Source of the DNA: Schizochytrium sp. TIO01
Taxonomy: Eukaryota; Protista; Bigyra: Labyrinthulomycetes
Assembly: GCA_004764695.1 (NCBI GenBank)
Contig: SMSO01000008.1
Location: 558,001-622,000, forward strand
Reading direction: 5' to 3'
Length of the DNA: 64,000 nt
The position numbers and the translations under genes are program-made. Each line of letters opens with the position of its first letter. Within the stretch, counting starts at the first letter, position 1. Positions 32,501 through 41,545 of the stretch are shown in pieces. The notes beneath the pieces are model-generated. The model worked only from the letters and a program-made list of their open reading frames with translations. It was not told the origin of the DNA and searched no databases.

Positions 32501-34827
32501 TTCAAATTAGACACCAGCTGGTCCTTCTTCGTGAATTACAACGGCAACTGATGTATGCTTTCAATGAACGTTTCGACAAAATTGTTGAAGAAAAAGAAGA
32601 TTGCGTTGAACGAATCACAAGTCGATATGACCGTATCAACGAAATCATGCGAGAGTTGAGTCGCGACGAAGAGCCCGTTCCTAATTTCTGGCACACTAGC
32701 GAGCACGCAGACTCAGTACTAAAAGTAAGTCAGGATGAAATCGGTGTAGAAAAGTACCTTTCCAAAGCAGAGCGTGAAAGGGTAGCTCGTGAGGAAGCAG
32801 AACGCCGCCGGCGTGAGGAAGAGGCTGCCAAAGACAACATGGGCGAACGTGCTCTTGAAGATATGATGAATGGCACCCTTGAGGCTGCTCGGGAGCTGAC
32901 GCTTGCTGAGAAAACCATGGAGCGCCCAGATTGGATGCAAGAGATTGAGTATGCGGAAATGACAGAGGAGCAACGCAAGGAACACGATGAGTTTGAAGCA
33001 CAGCTCAATAAGTTTATGGAGGAGAAAGAAAAATACATCAAATCACTTGAAGTTGAAATCAAAAAGACCCACGAAGAGATTGATGAGATCACCACTAGCT
33101 TCAGTGAAAGCCTCAAGGGCTTGCTGCGTTTCAAAATCTACATAGCTGAAAGCATTGCTGCTCAGGGTTTGTATATTTCACGTCTCTCTATGTGTTTGGT
33201 TCGCCGCGAGGACATTGTCGTTCGCAAGGCCAAAAACCGCGGGAGCTTACAAGAGGTAACATCGCAGAGAGACACCATGAAGGCTGAAATTGAGAATTTT
33301 CAACCTTCACTGGATGCAGCGCATGCAGCACTTCAGCTGTGTCAGGAGAAGGATCGTCAAGTAGAAAAGAACTTCAAAATCCGCATTCAGGAACTAGCAG
33401 CAGCCTCTGGTGATTCAATAGATGCTGATGAGCTTAAAATCCTGATGGCAATGTTCAAGTATCGAGCAGGCCAGCGCGCTGCATTTTTAGGCGAAATGTC
33501 CCAGCACTCTAGTCGCCGTTCGTCTGTTGGAATGGTCGGCCGCCGTCGGAGTAGTGATCTTAGCGACAGACGCTCACGGCGTAGTTCACACTCATCCATG
33601 AGAGGAAGTATGAACCAAAAGGCTATTGCAGAAGCGTTGAAACAGGTCAATGGAGAACAAAACAACGATGGAGACCAAGAAGTCGTTGAAAATTATGATC
33701 CTTATGGTATCATTGACGAGTCAACTGAAGAGGAGCGTCGACACCAAGAAGATGTGCGTGCATTGGTTCCGCTCGACCTGGCTCGGGATTGCCCTGAAAG
33801 CTTGCCGATGGACGAAGCTCGCTGGCAACTGTTGCAAAATAGCCGTTTGGAGAAGATCAGGTCAGAACTTGACCTAAAAAGGCTCACTGACGAGACTGCG
33901 TTACTAGATGCTCACGCCAGTCTGTTAATTGGTCAACACGCGGAGGCAGTTGAGCAAATTGAATCACTTCGCCAAGAGTACGAAGCTCTGCAGGAAGCCG
34001 AAAACCTCGAAGCTCAAGATCTTGAAATTATTGTACGCCTCAAACAAGGTCATGACGAGGTAAAGCCAGGGGCGTTGATCTCAGACTACTCAAATAGTCT
34101 TCTTCTTGACCGCCGTGTAGTTGAAACCGAAAATGCCGAAATCATCAAGCTTGGAGATGCCAAGGTGGGAATTATGAAGAAAATGAAGGATTTTCGGAAA
34201 AGCATCAACTTCATGGAATGGGAGCACAAGTATATGTTGCAGCAAGAGTATGACCTTGAGGAGCATTACACAGACTTACACATGCTTCGTGTAACACGAG
34301 AGTTACAAGAGCTCATTAAGGGCGGGGAGGTAACGGATACGCAGGAGCAGACACAGCAGGCTGAAGTCAAGCTGACACGTATGAAAAAGATTCATCACAC
34401 TAAAATGGAGAAGATGAAAACTTCTCTTGATCGCATTGAGGATCGTAAACGTAGCCTTGCTGGAGAGAATGCCCAACTTGAGGCGCGTATTCAAGATTTG
34501 TCAACGAATGTGCAAATGAGAGACGCTGTTTTGCAAGCTCGGACGGGTATCTCTGTATTAGAGACTCAGGAAAGTAAACCCGCCTGGGGCAAAACAAAGG
34601 CTCAAAGCCCAGCAGCAGGTTCCGGCGCATCTGCTGCCAAGGCTCGTATGAAAGCAATTGTGACTCGTCGAAAGCTTATGGACCTGGCTCGAGCCCAAAC
34701 AGATGAAATCGAGTTCTTAAAGCAGGAGCTTGATCGTCTTCGAGAGCGAAACTTTCCACGTTTTGCTCATTCTGCTTCAACAATGGGTGCTATGCGGAGC
34801 TTCGAGCCTCCTGACGCGAAACCATAA
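29521..34827 (+). CDS. CFAP43: Cilia- and flagella-associated protein 43 (WDR96): N-terminal WD40 propellers, C-terminal coiled coils (1768 aa)
   Basis: WD40 strands (ASVGVDGSLRVWD, IASASIDGNVVVW), ERALEDMMNGTLE, DLHMLRVTRELQ and the C-terminal RRKLMDLARAQTDEIEFLKQELDRLRERNFP signature typical of CFAP43. Confidence 0.88.
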   Translation: MTTAETLRFVSSSRHAVFVGNDTVIETCGATLGICNIEKGTQVLQKFRARGQQNVSALCAGPKGEYAYSTPAEKPSIVIHPATGKEYEIAGGAELRHAALAFSRDGSHFAALGSELGREIIIWNLHAENKPVLARKELHATFDKLSFCPHASNIVACAGASGVRLFKLEKGPKSDELQEVECVTLTQVNDMTWTKEGQLLLVTNDNIVQIDPRTGLTTKKLANNKLGVMSLRPIKGYILAGCKNGELLWLYESTLSVDFSTMLQIQGFIEDATRPCEAAAGVFASPVIALDLNESYTKCLVSTERGDRFIVSTKRPQGEDAMNSSQIISSAHTSNIVALTPVLSGPRGAFGIFASVGVDGSLRVWDSSVEARVPVAQTVLHEPTSLGGKAYKLTSLAGSSSQSPFIAIGTRCGHVILAQISKPRSGAWQILVIQTIRAHSGPVSQLTYSPCGHLLASTSETEGVLSIFRVVVPSRAKREAIGLAVVADFPESFVPCGHIWESSERLLVAGCRLDESDSSEIDELLLLQLPTLADINKTSTTRAIAEVCGPLPGLKFGAVGGMIRTPAGHILTTLSHKPQQLEALELTGDKLSQIVPIKAKAHGGHTWALTARGGCIASASIDGNVVVWQDSQDLASLDKDSHTFFVSSTMPNALSFANDTSVLAIGYGDGDLAFAMVPAKLRDPKLVEGEYARPADDDKFQLISQIVPAKEDEGMSESAKWKKRAHDVLESEYEKKRSERRGRIKLLQQRLFRLLEDNAKVPDLEKLPREEFVVDMQGRSAICKSNEAAAEALRSEIEQEIEVREKLYERIKDECWSSMEIPSRELRAIDATDSNKVRNYPVPKQSDAEKRRVTMVMQMRSIELQEIRASGENTSKCTTWPTKTGAMRVLPDEVEWIVNAGLLKPALDDQTEGAGADGAGADGANGDKTKNQGNNEAHSDSGDGDDGEEGSDNEDGDDDENDESKKDEKQDAGETFGQKLIDMLYHPAALRSSFQIRHQLVLLRELQRQLMYAFNERFDKIVEEKEDCVERITSRYDRINEIMRELSRDEEPVPNFWHTSEHADSVLKVSQDEIGVEKYLSKAERERVAREEAERRRREEEAAKDNMGERALEDMMNGTLEAARELTLAEKTMERPDWMQEIEYAEMTEEQRKEHDEFEAQLNKFMEEKEKYIKSLEVEIKKTHEEIDEITTSFSESLKGLLRFKIYIAESIAAQGLYISRLSMCLVRREDIVVRKAKNRGSLQEVTSQRDTMKAEIENFQPSLDAAHAALQLCQEKDRQVEKNFKIRIQELAAASGDSIDADELKILMAMFKYRAGQRAAFLGEMSQHSSRRSSVGMVGRRRSSDLSDRRSRRSSHSSMRGSMNQKAIAEALKQVNGEQNNDGDQEVVENYDPYGIIDESTEEERRHQEDVRALVPLDLARDCPESLPMDEARWQLLQNSRLEKIRSELDLKRLTDETALLDAHASLLIGQHAEAVEQIESLRQEYEALQEAENLEAQDLEIIVRLKQGHDEVKPGALISDYSNSLLLDRRVVETENAEIIKLGDAKVGIMKKMKDFRKSINFMEWEHKYMLQQEYDLEEHYTDLHMLRVTRELQELIKGGEVTDTQEQTQQAEVKLTRMKKIHHTKMEKMKTSLDRIEDRKRSLAGENAQLEARIQDLSTNVQMRDAVLQARTGISVLETQESKPAWGKTKAQSPAAGSGASAAKARMKAIVTRRKLMDLARAQTDEIEFLKQELDRLRERNFPRFAHSASTMGAMRSFEPPDAKP

Positions 34828-36566
34828 TACTGCACAAGGGTCCCTCCATTGGAAGTTCTCTCCTCGAACAGCCACTGTATCATTATCATAGCTCTTCACG
34901 ACCAGTAACCTTGTTAAGCAAATTCTGTCATTCTGGTTTTCCTTCGCAGAAAGCTCGCTAGCTTATAGATTTTCAAACATTTTTATAGAAAGTATCATTT
35001 CCCTCTATTTTCTTCTTTTGTTTTTTTGATAGGTCTATAAAAACACAAACGCTCTAAGTACGAGAGAATACGATATAAACGGGATCCTTGAAAAAGTTGA
35101 TTTCGCTCGTAATTTCAGAAAATTTATCGTGTACTTTGTGTCTCCCACAGGATCACCCGATATAGAACAAATGCATAAACATCGTAATCATTTTTGAGCT
35201 GATCGAGAGAGGAGCACAGGTAACAGTGTGCCTTGAAACTTAATCGAAACTTGGTGTTCTTCCTGACGGATACTATCCGAGAAAATTCAACGCTACTCAA
35301 TATTATAAGCTTTCATTTCGAAATGCACCAGTTCAAGGAGAGGGGCGACAGGATATTTTGGTCTCTTCTTGCTTACTTCAGCCTTCAAGTTCATATCTGC
35401 GTGAGTGAAGAAAGCCCGTCACAAGCAAACTATGAAATCAATTTATTGGCATGACTAAATTAGCTTGTTCACATTATTCTGTTGCATCACATTTGGAATT
35501 TAGAAGCAAGGAGTAGTTTGTATTGGTAAAGGCTTAAAAAAAAACTAGATCAACATGATAATTAGTTTGTTTTCGTTCTTAGCATCCAGTTTGTTGGACG
35601 ATTCCACAAGCGAAGGTTAGCCAGCATCATGTACTTTATATCAGCACCTGAATGATCTTGAACCATGCTTTGGAGGACAAGTAGGAGATAGCCTAGCAAC
35701 TGATAGCGCCAACCATCAATGTCGTGCTCTTTGAGAACTTTAATGTTTAAACTACAGCAAGCAGAGCAGCAGACAGAAGATATCAGGCTTTATAAGTAAA
35801 GCGAAGTTATAAACCCTTGGACTTCGCAGAATCACTTCAATCAAACCGATGCGCAAGACTTTCTCCCAACGCTCACTCGTAGACCCAATCGAGTTTCAAC
35901 CACCATCGAAGTTAAGAACGCGAAACCATTTCATGAGCATTCAGAAAACGGAAAATAATCGACGAAAATTCATCTAGATTGAAGTTTCTAAACACCTACT
36001 GTCCTTCATTGATTTTTCCACAATTATCTATCCTCCACAAACACCTACTGCCCACCTTTCAACGTGCTGCAAGTAAGCTTTGCATTTATGTTGTTGGTGT
36101 CATTCATTGACTATTGAAAGAGAATGAGTGCTTTCTTAATCGATCATACGAATCATGTGGATTGCCAACACTGAGCAAACCTGCTTTAATCTTTTGTGTG
36201 ATTCATTGACGGGAAAAGGGGACAACTATAATGGACTATTGGCTTGGAAAAATCTATTTGAGAGCCTTGCAGAAGTAACGCCTTTCCTAGGGTCCCCCAA
36301 GACAGAGTTCGCTAAATCTCCACGAGTCCAAATGATAGGTAAGTATGTGTGTAGTCGTAGAGAAAGAAAAACAGTGCACTGGCGATTGTGACGCGCATGG
36401 TTCTTTTGATTAGAATTTGTCAAGATTTTGACCATCAGAGAATGCTTTGTGTAGAGAAGGAAAGAGGTGTGGGCTAGGCCATGAGTGAGCACGTGAGTGA
36501 AAAGGTTGAAGCCGTCACAAAAGGCGGAAGGCGTGGTCGTTATATTATATGGCGGTAGCTCATCGT

Positions 36567-38738
36567 TTAAAGATGATCAGTGAGTTCCTTGTGGAAAGGG
36601 ACGCCTTGATTGCGCGCTTTACGGTAAGCATCGAGAACATAGGTGGGCATGCGCTCACGAACAATGTCGTGCATCTCGCAAATAACTTTTGTCCACTGCT
36701 CATTGAGAATACCTTCATTTGTCACAAGAAGATTATGGTTTGACTTGAAACGGCCCTCAACAGTAGATGGGTATGAGAAGACGGACGACATGGCAACTCC
36801 GCCCTCAACCTTGCGAACGACTGTACCTTCAAGCAGAGCAGAGCGAATGCGGTGAACACCTGGCTTCACCGGCACCAGCCCGAGGCTGTGCTGAGTTGAA
36901 GTAGACGCGAGAACAATAGCTTGGTAGTTTCGTTGACCTTCAAGGCCTTGTTGTTCTTCCAGAGTGAAGGTCTGAGCAGGTTTAAGTTTGCCAGCAAAAC
37001 GAGCCCGCTCTGCTTTAGCGTCAGGGGGAAACTTGTGAAAGCGGTCGTCTTGCGGGAAGGAGGACCGGGAGATGTTCTTTTCGCGGGACGAGAGTAGAAG
37101 CACAGTATCAACGACATCGGTCTTTTGGCTAGAAGACATAGGGTCGAGTTCGTGCCGCGGGGTTTCCTCACGGTAGTAGTAAACCTTGACGCGGTTGCGA
37201 AGAGCTTCACCAGCCATACTATCCTTGACGTCATTCATGTTATTCTCGATGCCTGTCTCAATTTCGCGCACGGAGACGGACACAGCACCAAAGTGTTTGC
37301 TGATACGCTTGTTGAGGTCTTCGTCACACCATACACCCCATATGATTTGAGCAATTTCGATTGGGTCATTCGCCGGGATGACTGGAAGGTCTACACGAAC
37401 ACTGCAGCGTTTTGCATTCTCTGCACTAACACCGTGGGGGAGGCGCTGGTACCGCATTTCAAGCTCAGGGTGGCCCTGGATGACACCCATGCGCCATGAA
37501 GGGTCAGCCATACTAGTGGAGAGGAGGCCGAGGACTTGTGCGATAGCGGTGTCAGATCCTTGTTTGCACATGAGTTTCTTCGCGCTTGTGGACGTGGGGA
37601 TGCCGTCTGCAATATGCTTGAATTTGGAGATAAAGCTCTTGTGCTCCATCAGTTCAGCGCGCAGCAAATCATTCTCCATACGAAGATCAATGGATCCTGT
37701 CTCGCGCAGTGCCTGGACCTTCATTTGCAAGTCGGCAATGGTATTCAAGAAGGTTTCGCGCTCCTTCTCGAGTTTGACGTTCTTCTGTTTAAGCTCCTCG
37801 AGCTCGCGTTTTCTTTTTGCACGAGTTGCACGACTGGCTGCTGCCACGGCTGCTCGGCGTTTTGCATCCTTGTCAACGCCTCCATTATTTACGCTGCCCG
37901 TGTCATCAGCCGCAGGTGTCGGTGCTGGCGACAGTGCTGGCGGTGAGATTACTGGTGGTGGTGCCGCAGCTGCCGCGGCAGCAGCTGCTGCCGCTGCCGC
38001 GGCTGCTGTTGCTTTAGCAGTACCAGCTTTGGCCCTTCCTCTTCCTCTGCCAGTAGTCGTGGCTGGTGCGTCCGAAGCAGCTGCTGCTGCTTTTCGGCCT
38101 CTCGTTTTGGTTTCTGGCACCACTGCACTTGGCGCTGCTGCTGGCGGAGATCCAAGTTCCGGTCCAAGGTACGCTGGAATGGGAGGTTCCATAACTTGCC
38201 GCGGTGCTGCTGCTCCACGTCTCGCTTGCGGCGGTGGCTGCTGCTGAGGTGGCATTCCTGGCTGTTGCTGTTGCATGTGGTGCATGCCTGGGTTTAAGTT
38301 AACATTCATACCTCCTGCGCCCATATCGCCAAAATCCATGTTTGACGGCATTCCGCCTCGCGAAGGCCCCCCTGCCATTGCCATGTGGTGTGTGGCATAT
38401 GCCTGATGTGGGGTGTATTGTAGAGAGTGCCCCTGTTGCTGTGACATAGCGTGTGACTGATGCTGCTGTTGACCCATCATATGAAGGGGCATGCCACCCA
38501 TACCAGGGTGGCCTCCATTGCTGGAGGTTAGCGGTGCTCCATGGTGCACATTCATGTCAGGCCGGTGCATGCCGGGCATCATGCCAGGCATGCCTCCGCC
38601 GCGAGGAGGCTCCATCCAAGGAACGGGGGGTAGTGCGGCACCTTGCTGGTCCGCAGTCGGGATGGGCGCGCCCTGTTCATCTAGGAGAAGGTCCAGCTCC
38701 TCCCAGACGTACTCGCCTTGCGCGTTGGGTTTCTGCAT
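36567..38738 (-). CDS. bZIP transcription factor (Val at the normally invariant Asn) with M/G/P/Q-rich N-terminus and a ~320-aa globular C-terminal domain (723 aa)
   Basis: Basic region KRRAAVAAASRATRAKRK followed by leucine heptads LEELKQKNVKLEKERETFLNTIADLQMKVQAL. Confidence 0.8.
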   Translation of the reverse strand: MQKPNAQGEYVWEELDLLLDEQGAPIPTADQQGAALPPVPWMEPPRGGGMPGMMPGMHRPDMNVHHGAPLTSSNGGHPGMGGMPLHMMGQQQHQSHAMSQQQGHSLQYTPHQAYATHHMAMAGGPSRGGMPSNMDFGDMGAGGMNVNLNPGMHHMQQQQPGMPPQQQPPPQARRGAAAPRQVMEPPIPAYLGPELGSPPAAAPSAVVPETKTRGRKAAAAASDAPATTTGRGRGRAKAGTAKATAAAAAAAAAAAAAAAPPPVISPPALSPAPTPAADDTGSVNNGGVDKDAKRRAAVAAASRATRAKRKRELEELKQKNVKLEKERETFLNTIADLQMKVQALRETGSIDLRMENDLLRAELMEHKSFISKFKHIADGIPTSTSAKKLMCKQGSDTAIAQVLGLLSTSMADPSWRMGVIQGHPELEMRYQRLPHGVSAENAKRCSVRVDLPVIPANDPIEIAQIIWGVWCDEDLNKRISKHFGAVSVSVREIETGIENNMNDVKDSMAGEALRNRVKVYYYREETPRHELDPMSSSQKTDVVDTVLLLSSREKNISRSSFPQDDRFHKFPPDAKAERARFAGKLKPAQTFTLEEQQGLEGQRNYQAIVLASTSTQHSLGLVPVKPGVHRIRSALLEGTVVRKVEGGVAMSSVFSYPSTVEGRFKSNHNLLVTNEGILNEQWTKVICEMHDIVRERMPTYVLDAYRKARNQGVPFHKELTDHL

Positions 38739-41257
38739 GGTGCTTTAGTCGAAGAGCCCAGACTAGTGCTGGTAGGGTTTATCTGTCGTTGGGAGTTTAT
38801 TGCTGCACTCTGTTTGCGTAGAAGCAAGGCACTTCGAGGAGGGATTGAATTCAGTGCCAAAAACCTTACAGTTACGATCTCAGGATGCAGATCGTGATGG
38901 CCAAATTCCTTCAATCTCGTCAACGATCCACTTTTGACCTCCAATTTGTCAAGTTGAAGAAAACTAGTTAAGCAAACACGCAGGCGTGCGTGAAATCTGA
39001 ACCGTTGAGTACTGTTTTGGAAACGTTCCCTGCTATATGATTCAACGTCAGTTCTGGTACCTTCGCGCAAACCGAGAGGTAAATATTCTGGCTGTCGATC
39101 TAAATTACTGTTGTCTTTATGAACTAGTATCGCTCCAAAAATTCTTGAACTGGGAAATCCCACACCACAAAGACCCGAATCAAAATCAACAAGTTTCCTG
39201 TGACGAAGGAAACTGCAGCAACAATGCCAGGTTGCAAGTGGCTTCGAATGAAGTCCTGCCTTGAGTTCAATTGATCAAAGGATTGACGGATCGATGGATG
39301 GATAGATAGATAGATAGATAGGTAGGTAGGTAGGTAGGTAGATAAGATATATGAGGGAGAAGCCGAGGGAGGAGAGGGATAGAATCTCAACTCCACCGCT
39401 TAGCCCAACCGAAGTGACCCGGCGAGTAAGCGGATATCAGAGCCAAGGTCCTCGTCAAGACCTTCGCGACGACAATACACCGTCAAAGGTCCGCAAGCTT
39501 GCTCTCGAAGCGCTTTCTTGGCGTCGAGGAGTCAAGAAAGCCACAGAGGAAAGTAAAGAAATGAAAAAAGAAACTAAGAAACAAAGAGAAGAAAAAGAAT
39601 GATTCGAGCGCTCCAATCCAATGAACACAAGTCACAGCCACCCAGAGGCTGCAGCCGCACTGAAGTGCCGGCTCAGCGGCAAGCGGTGGCCTTTAGGCCT
39701 TGCAGGAGATCGCCGCAGGCGCCCTGAGCTGCCACCCACCGTGCGAGCAACCGGCCGCGCGGGAGGATGAAGGTCTGTCTCGCGCCTGCTCTCCCTTCAG
39801 TCCAGGGCAGCGCCTCTTTATTTACTTCATAGAACCATCACGAACCCCTTATTATTTATCTTGCGTTCCACATGTTCCTTGTAATCCGAAGGTTCTCAAT
39901 GTTCTCAACATTCCACTGGTGCTGTACGAATTACAGATAGCTACGAACTAATATTGACCATCAGATAAACTTGTATACAGATTTGCTGCCAGAGGCCTTC
40001 GCACTAAGAGAGCGCAGGCGCGCACATGAGGCGGCGCGGAAACCAGAGGCCGGAAACAGGACGGAGGCTCTCGCGAGCCGCGGAAGGGGCGCAAGGAAGG
40101 CCAAATAAGCCTCCAGGAGGAGAGGACCCGCGGCTTTGTCAGGGACGGGGCGCGAAAGAACGGAGGCGCCTCACAGCGAGAGACTCGTGGGCGCAAGTGG
40201 GGCTCTGGAGGAGTGTGGAGAACCAAGAATATCACGGCTAATGAAGTATATCCTCGCCTAACCTCGAGTACACACTCAACTCCCCACCCGAACAGGCGCA
40301 GAACGTTCTCCGTAATACCGCCGTTGGTATTCACTACCAAAGTGCAATAAACGTTCGTTCTCAACTCATACTTTCCGTCTCCACATAGGGCTTCAATAGA
40401 TATCGTTATGATCTCCCTGCGACCCTTCGATATTTTCCCTTCCTTCTTTTTCCCCTCCCACGCGGCCTTTTCCCCCTTAAGTCCTGCGGCCTTTTGGTCC
40501 TCTTCTAAAGAGCGTGAAATTTGCTACTAGTTTACCCACGTTTAACTAGCTTGAAATACTCCCAGTGGGGACAAGACCATGAAATACGTGGGGACTCTTC
40601 GATGTTCAGGTTGGCACCTAGTGCTCTGAATAGGCGATAATCTACCATCGGCGTTTCTCATAGGTAAGCGCTAGCCTAGTAAGTCCTACGACTCAGCTAC
40701 CTGGCCCTAGTGTAAGTATTAGTGGCTCTAGGTGCCTCCTACGACCTATGGAAAATATCATTTAAAGGGAAAGTAGTCTAGGAATGCTTAGTGATACAAT
40801 AACAGCCCAACGGTGATAATATTAGTAATAGAGATAGGCCTCACAAAGACCTTACTAACTACTAACTTGGAAAATGAAAGAAACTGAAAAGGAAACAGAT
40901 AATGCCACCTTTCAGTTTGCTTACTTATTTCTGTTCGAGTTTCAAGTTTTTTCTAAAGATATGACTCGGATAATCAATAAAAATCAATGAAATCATATCT
41001 TTTACGAATAAAAAAAGAAGATCAGACCAGCAATGATGAAATTGGTCATGAATGAAACTGATCATTTCATTTCGTGCTAATTTGCGAATTCATAACCTGG
41101 GAGAGAACCATCCTAAATTAAGACGCAGAGCGCATCGCTCTCCACATCGCTCGCATCCTTCGCAGCTACCTCCTCTTCATCATCGTGGCCAGCTTAACAA
41201 ATAGAAAGTCCCTTCCAAGGAAAAGGAAACCATTCGCTTTATGAGACAAAACCCAAC

Positions 41258-41478
41258 AAACATACAAACATACAAACGGCTTCAACCAATCAAGCAAACA
41301 TACAAATAAACATACATATACATACAAACATTTCAATCAAACATACAAAGACATATAAACAGCTTCAATCAAACATACATATACATACATATACATACAT
41401 ATACATACAGACATACAAACAGCTTCAATGAATGAATGAATCAATCAATGAATCATACAATGAATCAATGAATCAATG

Positions 41479-41533
<55 letters not shown>

Positions 41534-41545
41534 GAATCATACAAA
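41258..41545. repeat. Compound microsatellite (ACAT/ACAA)n -> (ATGA)n -> (TCAA)n
   Basis: Directly visible. Confidence 0.9.

Noticed and set aside
37378-38247. 289-aa antisense ORF
   Set aside because: Mirror frame of the Ala/Pro-rich bZIP coding strand.
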